Shown: positions 1 to 11,564 of the stretch, one piece after another
How positions within the stretch are numbered: the stretch's first letter is position 1
How the letters are laid out: each line of letters opens with the position of its first letter
Origin: the human T2T-CHM13v2.0 reference genome, Homo sapiens
NCBI RefSeq assembly: GCF_009914755.1
Contig: NC_060927.1
Length of the DNA: 64,000 nt
Direction: 5' to 3' (one strand)
Position numbers and translations under genes: made by a program
The notes under the pieces: model-generated
The model's input: the letters and a program-made list of their open reading frames with translations, nothing else
Told to the model about the DNA's origin: nothing
Databases searched by the model: none

Positions 1-209
1 GTTTCTGAGAATGATTCTGTCTAGTTTGCATACCAAGATATTTCCTTTTCTACCAGTGGCCTCAAAGCTCTGAAATCTCCACTTGCAAATTCCACAAAAA
101 GAGAGTTTCAAATCTGCTGTTTCTAAAGGAAAGTTCAACTCGGAGAGTTGAATACACACCAGAAAAAGCAGTTACTGAGAAGTCTTCTGTCTAGCATTAT
201 ATGAAGAAA

Positions 210-226
210 TCCCATTTCCAACGAAG
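210..226 (-). other. Degenerate CENP-B box (fixed in all HOR copies)
   Basis: TCCCATTTCCAACGAAG: the core CCCG is CCCA, breaking the NTTCGNNNNANNCGGGN motif. The same is seen at 3101, 5992 and onward. Confidence 0.88.
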
Positions 227-550
227 ACTTCAAAGAGGTCCAAATATCCACTTGCAGATTCTGCAAAAAGAGTGTTTCGAAACAACTGTATGAAAAGAAA
301 GGTTAAACACTGTGAGTTGAACGCACACATTGCAAAGCAGTTTCTGAGAATGATTCCGTCTAATTATTATACGAAGGTATTTCCTTTTCTATCATTGGCC
401 TCAAAGCGCTTGATACCTCCACCTGAAAATTCCACAAAAAGAGTGTTTCCAATCTACTCTGTCTAAAGGAACGTTCAACTCTGTGAGTTGAATACACACA
501 CACAGAAAGAATTCACTGAGAATTCTTCTGTCTGGCATTACATGAAGAAA

Positions 551-567
551 TCCCGTTTCCAACGAAG
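551..567 (-). other. CENP-B box, canonical (recurs every HOR)
   Basis: TCCCGTTTCCAACGAAG is the reverse complement of CTTCGTTGGAAACGGGA. Confidence 0.95.
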
Positions 568-1064
568 GCCTCAAAGAGGTCCAAATATCCACTTGCAGAT
601 TCTGCAAAAAGAGTGTTTCAAAACCGCTCCATTAAAAGGAATGTTGAACTCTGTGAGTTGAATGCAAACATCACAACTCAGTTTCTGAGAATGCTTCTGA
701 CTAGATTTTATGGTAAGATATTTCCTTTTCTACCGTAGGCTTCAATGCCCTCTAAATACACCCTTGCAAATTCTACAAAGAGACTGTTTCATAACTGCTC
801 TATAGGAAGAAAGGTTCAACTCTGTGAGTTGAATGCAGAGATCACAACGTGGTTTCTGCGAATGATTCTTTGTAGTTTTTACATGAAGATATTTCGTTGT
901 CAACCGTAGGCTTCAAAGCACTCAAAGTATTCACTTGGAACTTTTACAAAAAGAGTGTTAGAAAACTGCTCTTTCCAAAGTAAGGTTCAACTCTGTGAGT
1001 TGAATGCACACATAACAATCAAGAAGTTTCTGAGAATTCTTCTGTCCTGGTTTATATGAACAAA

Positions 1065-1081
1065 TCCCGTTTCCAACGAAG
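1065..1081 (-). other. CENP-B box, canonical (mutated in H17, H18)
   Basis: TCCCGTTTCCAACGAAG. Confidence 0.95.
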
Positions 1082-1402
1082 GCCTCAAAGACGTTTAAAT
1101 ATCCACTTGCAGACTTCACAAACAGAGTGTTTCCAAACTGCTCTATGAAAAGAAAGGTTAAACTCTGTGAGTTGAACGCACACATCACAAAGTAGTTTCT
1201 GAGAATGATACTGTCTAGTTTTTATACGAAGATATTTCCTTTCTACCATTGGCGTCAAAGCGCTAGAATTCTCCACTTGCAAATTCCACAAAAAGAGTGT
1301 TTCCAATCTGCTCTGTCTAAAGGAAGGTTCAACTCTGTGAGTTGAATACACACACACAAAGAAGCTACTGAGAATTCTTTTGTCAAGAATTAAAAGAAGA
1401 AA

Positions 1403-1419
1403 TCCCGTTTCCAACGAAG
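1403..1419 (-). other. CENP-B box, canonical
   Basis: TCCCGTTTCCAACGAAG. Confidence 0.95.
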
Positions 1420-1743
1420 GCCTCAAAGAGTTCCAAATATCCACTTGCACACTGCACAAACTAAGTCTTTCCAAACTGCTCTATGCAAAGAAATGTTCAA
1501 CTCTGTGAGTTTAATACACACATCACAAAGCAGTTTCTGAGAATGATACTGTCTAGTTTTTATACGAAGATATTTCCTTTTGTACCATTGGCCTCATACT
1601 GCTAGAATTTTCCACTTGCAAATTCCACAAAAAGAGTGTTTCCAATCCGCTCTGTCTAAAGGAAGGTTCAACCCTCTGATTTGAATACATACATCCCAAA
1701 AGAAGTTACTGAGAATTCTTCTGTCTAGCATTATGTGAAGAAA

Positions 1744-1760
1744 TCCCGTTTCCAACTAAA
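1744..1760 (-). other. CENP-B box site; core broken in H1 only, core-intact variant (TCCCGTTTCCAACGAAA) in other copies
   Basis: H1 reads TCCCGTTTCCAACTAAA (G>T at 1757); H2 at 4635 reads ...CCAACGAAA. Confidence 0.88.
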
Positions 1761-2084
1761 GCCTCAAAGAGGTCCAAATATCCAGTTGCAGAATTTACAA
1801 ACTGACTGTTTCCAAACTCATCTATGAAAAGAAAGGTTAAACTCTGTGAGTTGAATGCACATATCACAAAGTAGTTCCTGAGAATGATTCTGTCTAGTTT
1901 TCATACGAAGATATTTCCTTTTCCACCAATGGCCTCAAAGTGCTTGAAATCTCCCCTTGCAAATTCCACAGACAAGTGTTTCAAATCTGCACTGTCTAAA
2001 GGAAGGTTCAACCCTGTGAGTTGAATACACACACACAGAAAAAAATTCACTGAGAATTCTATTGTCTATCATTACACGAAGAAA

Positions 2085-2101
2085 TCCCGTTTACTACGAA
2101 G
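2085..2101 (-). other. CENP-B box, variant with intact 9-bp core
   Basis: TCCCGTTTACTACGAAG: the two differences fall only at non-core N positions. Confidence 0.85.
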
Positions 2102-2423
2102 GCCTCAAAGAGGTCCAAATATCCAGCTGCAGACATTACAAACTGAGTGTTTCCAAAGTGCTCTATGAAAAGAAGTGTTAAACACTGTGAGTTCAATGCA
2201 CACATCCCAAAGCAGTTTCTGAGAATGATTCCGTCTATTTTCTCTACGAAGATATTTCCTTTTCTGCCGTTGGCCTCAAAGCGCTTGAAATCTCCACTTG
2301 CAAATTCCACAAAAAGAGAGTTTCAAATCTGCTCTGTCTAATGGAAGGTTCAACTCTGTGAGTTGAATACACACCACAAAAAGAAGTTACTGAGAATTCT
2401 TCTGTCTAGCATTATATGAAAAA

Positions 2424-2440
2424 TCCCGTTTCCAACGAAG
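2424..2440 (-). other. CENP-B box, canonical (mutated in H10)
   Basis: TCCCGTTTCCAACGAAG. Confidence 0.95.
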
Positions 2441-2681
2441 GCCACAAAGAGGTCCAAATATCCACTTGCAGATTCTGCAAAAAGAGTGTTTCCAAACTGC
2501 TCTATGAAAAGAAACGTTAAACTCTGTGAGTTGAACGCAAACATCACAAAGTAGTTTCTGAGAATGACTCCGTCTAGTTTTTATACGAAGATATTTCCTT
2601 TCCTACCATTCACTTCAAAGCGCTTGAAGTCTCCCCCTGAAAATTCCACAAAAAGTGTTTCCAATCTGCTCCGCCTAAAGG

Positions 2682-2687
2682 AAGCTT
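2682..2687. other. HindIII site, once per HOR (defines the 2.9-kb unit)
   Basis: AAGCTT in GGAAGCTTCAA, replacing the usual GGAAGGTTCAA; recurs at each period. Confidence 0.9.
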
Positions 2688-2761
2688 CAACTCTGTGAGT
2701 TGAATACCCACAACCCTAAGAAGTTACTGAGAATTCTTCTGTCTAGCATTATATGAAGAAA

Positions 2762-2778
2762 TCCCGTTTCCAACGAAG
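2762..2778 (-). other. CENP-B box, canonical (mutated in H2, H4)
   Basis: TCCCGTTTCCAACGAAG. Confidence 0.95.
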
Positions 2779-5700
2779 GCCTCAAATACATCCAAATATC
2801 CAGTTGCTGACTTTACAAACTGAGTGTTTCCAAACTGCTCTATGAAAAGAAAGGTTAAACACTGTGAGTTGAACACACACGTACCAAAGTAGTTTCTGAG
2901 AATGATTCTGTCTAGTTTGCATACGAAGATATTTCCTTTTCTACCAGTGGCCTCAAAGCTCTGAAATCTCCACTTGCAAATTCCACAAAAAGAGAGTTTC
3001 AAATCTGCTGTTTCTAAAGGAAAGTTCAACTCTGAGAGTTGAATACACACCAGAAAAAGCAGTTACTGAGAAGTCTTCTGTCTAGCATTATATGAAGAAA
3101 TCCCATTTCCAACGAAGACTTCAAAGAGGTCCAAATATCCACTTGCAGATTCTGCAAAAAGAGTGTTTCGAAACAACTGTATGAAAAGAAAGGTTAAACA
3201 CTGTGAGTTGAACGCACACATTGCAAAGCAGTTTCTGAGAATGATTCCGTCTAATTATTATACGAAGGTATTTCCTTTTCTATCATTGGCCTCAAAGCGC
3301 TTGATACCTCCACCTGAAAATTCCACAAAAAGAGTGTTTCCAATCTACTCTGTCTAAAGGAACGTTCAACTCTGTGAGTTGAATACACACACACAGAAAG
3401 AATTCACTGAGAATTCTTCTGTCTGGCATTACATGAAGAAATCCCGTTTCCAACGAAGGCCTCAAAGAGGTCCAAATATCCACTTGCAGATTCTGCAAAA
3501 AGAGTGTTTCAAAACCGCTCCATTAAAAGGAATGTTGAACTCTGTGAGTTGAATGCAAACATCACAACTCAGTTTCTGAGAATGCTTCTGACTAGATTTT
3601 ATGGTAAGATATTTCCTTTTCTACCGTAGGCTTCAATGCCCTCTAAATACACCCTTGCAAATTCTACAAAGAGACTGTTTCATAACTGCTCTATAGGAAG
3701 AAAGGTTCAACTCTGTGAGTTGAATGCAGAGATCACAACGTGGTTTCTGCGAATGATTCTTTGTAGTTTTTACATGAAGATATTTCGTTGTCAACCGTAG
3801 GCTTCAAAGCACTCAAAGTATTCACTTGGAACTTTTACAAAAAGAGTGTTAGAAAACTGCTCTTTCCAAAGTAAGGTTCAACTCTGTGAGTTGAATGCAC
3901 ACATAACAATCAAGAAGTTTCTGAGAATTCTTCTGTCCTGGTTTATATGAACAAATCCCGTTTCCAACGAAGGCCTCAAAGACGTTTAAATATCCACTTG
4001 CAGACTTCACAAACAGAGTGTTTCCAAACTGCTCTATGAAAAGAAAGGTTAAACTCTGTGAGTTGAACGCACACATCACAAAGTAGTTTCTGAGAATGAT
4101 ACTGTCTAGTTTTTATACGAAGATATTTCCTTTCTACCATTGGCGTCAAAGCGCTAGAATTCTCCACTTGCAAATTCCACAAAAAGAGTGTTTCCAATCT
4201 GCTCTGTCTAAAGGAAGGTTCAACTCTGTGAGTTGAATACACACACACAAAGAAGCTACTGAGAATTCTTTTGTCAAGAATTATAAGAAGAAATCCCGTT
4301 TCCAACGAAGGCCTCAAAGAGTTCCAAATATCCACTTGCACACTGCACAAACTAAGTCTTTCCAAACTGCTCTATGCAAAGAAATGTTCAACTCTGTGAG
4401 TTTAATACACACATCACAAAGCAGTTTCTGAGAATGATACTGTCTAGTTTTTATACGAAGATATTTCCTTTTGTACCATTGGCCTCATACTGCTAGAATT
4501 TTCCACTTGCAAATTCCACAAAAAGAGTGTTTCCAATCCGCTCTGTCTAAAGGAAGGTTCAACTCTCTGATTTGAATACATACATCCCAAAAGAAGTTAC
4601 TGAGAATTCTTCTGTCTAGCATTATGTGAAGAAATCCCGTTTCCAACGAAAGCCTCAAAGAGGTCCAAATATCCAGTTGCAGAATTTACAAACTGACTGT
4701 TTCCAAACTCATCTATGAAAAGAAAGGTTAAACTCTGTGAGTTGAATGCACATATCACAAAGTAGTTCCTGAGAATGATTCTGTCTAGTTTTTATACGAA
4801 GATATTTCCTTTTCCACCAATGGCCTCAAAGTGCTTGAAATCTCCCCTTGCAAATTCCACAGACAAGTGTTTCAAATCTGCACTGTCTAAAGGAAGGTTC
4901 AACCCTGTGAGTTGAATACACACACACAGAAAAAAATTCACTGAGAATTCTATTGTCTATCATTACACGAAGAAATCCCGTTTACTACGAAGGCCTCAAA
5001 GAGGTCCAAATATCCAGCTGCAGACATTACAAACTGAGTGTTTCCAAAGTGCTCTATGAAAAGAAGTGTTAAACACTGTGAGTTCAATGCACACATCCCA
5101 AAGCAGTTTCTGAGAATGATTCCGTCTATTTTCTCTACGAAGATATTTCCTTTTCTGCCGTTGGCCTCAAAGCGCTTGAAATCTCCACTTGCAAATTCCA
5201 CAAAAAGAGAGTTTCAAATCTGCTCTGTCTAATGGAAGGTTCAACTCTGTGAGTTGAATACACACCACAAAAAGAAGTTACTGAGAATTCTTCTGTCTAG
5301 CATTATATGAAAAATCCCGTTTCCAACGAAGGCCAGAAAGAGGTCCAAATATCCACTTGCAGATTCTGCAAAAAGAGTGTTTCCAAACTGCTCTATGAAA
5401 AGAAACGTTAAACTCTGTGAGTTGAACGCAAACATCACAAAGTAGTTTCTGAGAATGACTCCGTCTAGTTTTTATACGAAGATATTTCCTTTCCTACCAT
5501 TCACTTCAAAGCGCTTGAAGTCTCCCCCTGAAAATTCCACAAAAAGTGTTTCCAATCTGCTCCGCCTAAAGGAAGCTTCAACTCTGTGAGTTGAATACCC
5601 ACAACCCTAAGAAGTTACTGAGAATTCTTCTGTCTAGCATTATATGAAGAAATACCGTTTCCAACGAAGGCCTCAAATACATCCAAATATCCAGTTGCTG

Positions 5701-8700
5701 ACTTTACAAACTGAGTGTTTCCAAACTGCTCTATGAAAAGAAAGGTTAAACACTGTGAGTTGAACACACACGTACCAAAGTAGTTTCTGAGAATGATTCT
5801 GTCTAGTTTGCATACGAAGATATTTCCTTTTCTACCAGTGGCCTCAAAGCTCTGAAATCTCCACTTGCAAATTCCACAAAAAGAGAGTTTCAAATCTGCT
5901 GTTTCTAAAGGAAAGTTCAACTCTGAGAGTTGAATACACACCAGAAAAAGCAGTTACTGAGAAGTCTTCTGTCTAGCATTATATGAAGAAATCCCATTTC
6001 CAACGAAGACTTCAAAGAGGTCCAAATATCCACTTGCAGATTCTGCAAAAAGAGTGTTTCGAAACAACTGTATGAAAAGAAAGGTTAAACACTGTGAGTT
6101 GAACGCACACATTGCAAAGCAGTTTCTGAGAATGATTCCGTCTAATTATTATACGAAGGTATTTCCTTTTCTATCATTGGCCTCAAAGCGCTTGATACCT
6201 CCACCTGAAAATTCCACAAAAAGAGTGTTTCCAATCTACTCTGTCTAAAGGAACGTTCAACTCTGTGAGTTGAATACACACACACAGAAAGAATTCACTG
6301 AGAATTCTTCTGTCTGGCATTACATGAAGAAATCCCGTTTCCAACGAAGGCCTCAAAGAGGTCCAAATATCCACTTGCAGATTCTGCAAAAAGAGTGTTT
6401 CAAAACCGCTCCATTAAAAGGAATGTTGAACTCTGTGAGTTGAATGCAAACATCACAACTCAGTTTCTGAGAATGCTTCTGACTAGATTTTATGGTAAGA
6501 TATTTCCTTTTCTACCGTAGGCTTCAATGCCCTCTAAATACACCCTTGCAAATTCTACAAAGAGACTGTTTCATAACTGCTCTATAGGAAGAAAGGTTCA
6601 ACTCTGTGAGTTGAATGCAGAGATCACAACGTGGTTTCTGCGAATGATTCTTTGTAGTTTTTACATGAAGATATTTCGTTGTCAACCGTAGGCTTCAAAG
6701 CACTCAAAGTATTCACTTGGAACTTTTACAAAAAGAGTGTTAGAAAACTGCTCTTTCTAAAGTAAGGTTCAACTCTGTGAGTTGAATGCACACATAACAA
6801 TCAAGAAGTTTCTGAGAATTCTTCTGTCCTGGTTTATATGAAAAAATCCCGTTTCCAACGAAGGCCTCAAAGACGTTTAAATATCCACTTGCAGACTTCA
6901 CAAACAGAGTGTTTCCAAACTGCTCTATGAAAAGAAAGGTTAAACTCTGTGAGTTGAACGCACACATCACAAAGTAGTTTCTGAGAATGATACTGTCTAG
7001 TTTTTATACGAAGATATTTCCTTTCTACCATTGGCGTCAAAGCGCTAGAATTCTCCACTTGCAAATTCCACAAAAAGAGTGTTTCCAATCTGCTCTGTCT
7101 AAAGGAAGGTTCAACTCTGTGAGTTGAATACACACACACAAAGAAGCTACTGAGAATTCTTTTGTCAAGAATTATAAGAAGAAATCCCGTTTCCAACGAA
7201 GGCCTCAAAGAGTTCCAAATATCCACTTGCACACTGCACAAACTAAGTCTTTCCAAACTGCTCTATGCAAAGAAATGTTCAACTCTGTGAGTTTAATACA
7301 CACATCACAAAGCAGTTTCTGAGAATGATACTGTCTAGTTTTTATACGAAGATATTTCCTTTTGTACCATTGGCCTCATACTGCTAGAATTTTCCACTTG
7401 CAAATTCCACAAAAAGAGTGTTTCCAATCCGCTCTGTCTAAAGGAAGGTTCAACCCTCTGATTTGAATACATACATCCCAAAAGAAGTTACTGAGAATTC
7501 TTCTGTCTAGCATTATGTGAAGAAATCCCGTTTCCAACGAAAGCCTCAAAGAGGTCCAAATATCCAGTTGCAGAATTTACAAACTGACTGTTTCCAAACT
7601 CATCTATGAAAAGAAAGGTTAAACTCTGTGAGTTGAATGCACATATCACAAAGTAGTTCCTGAGAATGATTCTGTCTAGTTTTCATACGAAGATATTTCC
7701 TTTTCCACCAATGGCCTCAAAGTGCTTGAAATCTCCCCTTGCAAATTCCACAGACAAGTGTTTCAAATCTGCACTGTCTAAAGGAAGGTTCAACCCTGTG
7801 AGTTGAATACACACACACAGAAACAAATTCACTGAGAATTCTATTGTCTATCATTACACGAAGAAATCCCGTTTACTACGAAGGCCTCAAAGAGGTCCAA
7901 ATATCCAGCTGCAGACATTACAAACTGAGTGTTTCCAAAGTGCTCTATGAAAAGAAGTGTTAAACACTGTGAGTTCAATGCACACATCCCAAAGCAGTTT
8001 CTGAGAATGATTCCGTCTATTTTTTCTACGAAGATATTTCCTTTTCTGCCGTTGGCCTCAAAGCGCTTGAAATCTCCACTTGCAAATTCCACAAAAAGAG
8101 AGTTTCAAATCTGCTCTGTCTAAAGGAAGGTTCAACTCTGTGAGTTGAATACACACCACAAAAAGAAGTTACTGAGAATTCTTCTGTCTAGCATTATATG
8201 AAAAATCCCGTTTCCAACGAAGGCCACAAAGAGGTCCAAATATCCACTTGCAGATTCTGCAAAAAGAGTGTTTCCAAACTGCTCTATGAAAAGAAACGTT
8301 AAACTCTGTGAGTTGAACGCAAACATCACAAAGTAGTTTCTGAGAATGACTCCGTCTAGTTTTTATACGAAGATATTTCCTTTCCTACCATTCACTTCAA
8401 AGCGCTTGAAGTCTCCCCCTGAAAATTCCACAAAAAGTATTTCCAATCTGCTCCGCCTAAAGGAAGCTTCAACTCTGTGAGTTGAATACCCACAACCCAA
8501 AGAAGTTACTGAGAATTCTTCTGTCTAGCATTATATGAAGAAATCCCGTTTCCAACGAAGGCCTCAAATACATCCAAATATCCAGTTGCTGACTTTACAA
8601 ACTGAGTGTTTCCAAACTGCTCTATGAAAAGAAAGGTTAAACACTGTGAGTTGAACACACACGTACCAAAGTAGTTTCTGAGAATGATTCTGTCTAGTTT

Positions 8701-11564
8701 GCATACGAAGATATTTCCTTTTCTACCATTGGCCTCAAAGCTCTGAAATCTCCACTTGCAAATTCCACAAAAAGAGAGTTTCAAATCTGCTGTTTCTAAA
8801 GGAAAGTTCAACTCTGAGAGTTGAATACACACCAGAAAAAGCAGTTACTGAGAAGTCTTCTGTCTAGCATTATATGAAGAAATCCCATTTCCAACGAAGA
8901 CTTCAAAGAGGTCCAAATATCCACTTGCAGATTCTGCAAAAAGAGTGTTTCGAAACAACTGTATGAAAAGAAAGGTTAAACACTGTGAGTTGAACGCACA
9001 CATTGCAAAGCAGTTTCTGAGAATGATTCCGTCTAATTATTATACGAAGGTATTTCCTTTTCTATCATTGGCCTCAAAGCGCTTGATACCTCCACCTGAA
9101 AATTCCACAAAAAGAGTGTTTCCAATCTACTCTGTCTAAAGGAACGTTCAACTCTGTGAGTTGAATACACACACACAGAAAGAATTCACTGAGAATTCTT
9201 CTGTCTGGCATTACATGAAGAAATCCCGTTTCCAACGAAGGCCTCAAAGAGGTCCAAATATCCACTTGCAGATTCTGCAAAAAGAGTGTTTCAAAACCGC
9301 TCCATTAAAAGGAATGTTGAACTCTGTGAGTTGAATGCAAACATCACAACTCAGTTTCTGAGAATGCTTCTGACTAGATTTTATGGTAAGATATTTCCTT
9401 TTCTACCGTAGGCTTCAATGCCCTCTAAATACACCCTTGCAAATTCTACAAAGAGACTGTTTCATAACTGCTCTATAGGAAGAAAGGTTCAACTCTGTGA
9501 GTTGAATGCAGAGATCACAACGTGGTTTCTGCGAATGATTCTTTGTAGTTTTTACATGAAGATATTTCGTTGTCAACCGTAGGCTTCAAAGCACTCAAAG
9601 TATTCACTTGGAACTTTTACAAAAAGAGTGTTAGAAAACTGCTCTTTCCAAAGTAAGGTTCAACTCTGTGAGTTGAATGCACACATAACAATCAAGAAGT
9701 TTCTGAGAATTCTTCTGTCCTGGTTTATATGAACAAATCCCGTTTCCAACGAAGGCCTCAAAGACGTTTAAATATCCACTTGCAGACTTCACAAACAGAG
9801 TGTTTCCAAACTGCTCTATGAAAAGAAAGGTTAAACTCTGTGAGTTGAACGCACACATCACAAAGTAGTTTCTGAGAATGATACTGTCTAGTTTTTATAC
9901 GAAGATATTTCCTTTCTACCATTGGCGTCAAAGCGCTAGAATTCTCCACTTGCAAATTCCACAAAAAGAGTGTTTCCAATCTGCTCTGTCTAAAGGAAGG
10001 TTCAACTCTGTGAGTTGAATACACACACACAAAGAAGCTACTGAGAATTCTTTTGTCAAGAATTATAAGAAGAAATCCCGTTTCCAACGAAGGCCTCAAA
10101 GAGTTCCAAATATCCACTTGCACACTGCACAAACTAAGTCTTTCCAAACTGCTCTATGCAAAGAAATGTTCAACTCTGTGAGTTTAATACACACATCACA
10201 AAGCAGTTTCTGAGAATGATACTGTCTAGTTTTTATACGAAGATATTTCCTTTTGTACCATTGGCCTCATACTGCTAGAATTTTCCACTTGCAAATTCCA
10301 CAAAAAGAGTGTTTCCAATCCGCTCTGTCTAAAGGAAGGTTCAACTCTCTGATTTGAATACATACATCCCAAAAGAAGTTACTGAGAATTCTTCTGTCTA
10401 GCATTATGTGAAGAAATCCCGTTTCCAACGAAAGCCTCAAAGAGGTCCAAATATCCAGTTGCAGAATTTACAAACTGACTGTTTCCAAACTCATCTATGA
10501 AAAGAAAGGTTAAACTCTGTGAGTTGAATGCACATATCACAAAGTAGTTCCTGAGAATGATTCTGTCTAGTTTTTATACGAAGATATTTCCTTTTCCACC
10601 AATGGCCTCAAAGTGCTTGAAATCTCCCCTTGCAAATTCCACAGACAAGTGTTTCAAATCTGCACTGTCTAAAGGAAGGTTCAACCCTGTGAGTTGAATA
10701 CACACACACAGAAAAAAATTCACTGAGAATTCTATTGTCTATCATTACACGAAGAAATCCCGTTTACTACGAAGGCCTCAAAGAGGTCCAAATATCCAGC
10801 TGCAGACATTACAAACTGAGTGTTTCCAAAGTGCTCTATGAAAAGAAGTGTTAAACACTGTGAGTTCAATGCACACATCCCAAAGCAGTTTCTGAGAATG
10901 ATTCCGTCTATTTTCTCTACGAAGATATTTCCTTTTCTGCCGTTGGCCTCAAAGCGCTTGAAATCTCCACTTGCAAATTCCACAAAAAGAGAGTTTCAAA
11001 TCTGCTCTGTCTAATGGAAGGTTCAACTCTGTGAGTTGAATACACACCACAAAAAGAAGTTACTGAGAATTCTTCTGTCTAGCATTATATGAAAAATCCC
11101 GTTTCCAACGAAGGCCAGAAAGAGGTCCAAATATCCACTTGCAGATTCTGCAAAAAGAGTGTTTCCAAACTGCTCTATGAAAGGAAACGTTAAACTCTGT
11201 GAGTTGAACGCAAACATCACAAAGTAGTTTCTGAGAATGACTCCGTCTAGTTTTTATACGAAGATATTTCCTTTCCTACCATTCACTTCAAAGCGCTTGA
11301 AGTCTCCCCCTGAAAATTCCACAAAAAGTGTTTCCAATCTGCTCCGCCTAAAGGAAGCTTCAACTCTGTGAGTTGAATACCCACAACCCTAAGAAGTTAC
11401 TGAGAATTCTTCTGTCTAGCATTATATGAAGAAATACCGTTTCCAACGAAGGCCTCAAATACATCCAAATATCCAGTTGCTGACTTTACAAACTGAGTGT
11501 TTCCAAACTGCTCTATGAAAAGAAAGGTTAAACACTGTGAGTTGAACACACACGTACCAAAGTA

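Larger units (their letters stand above)
1..2891 (-). repeat. HOR unit H1 (representative 17-mer: 7 dimers + 1 trimer)
   Basis: Box-site spacings are 341, 514, 338, 341, 341, 339, 338 and 339 bp, which sum to 2891. The sequence at position 1 (GTTTCTGAGAATGATTCTGTCTAGTTTGCATA) recurs at 2892. Confidence 0.95.
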
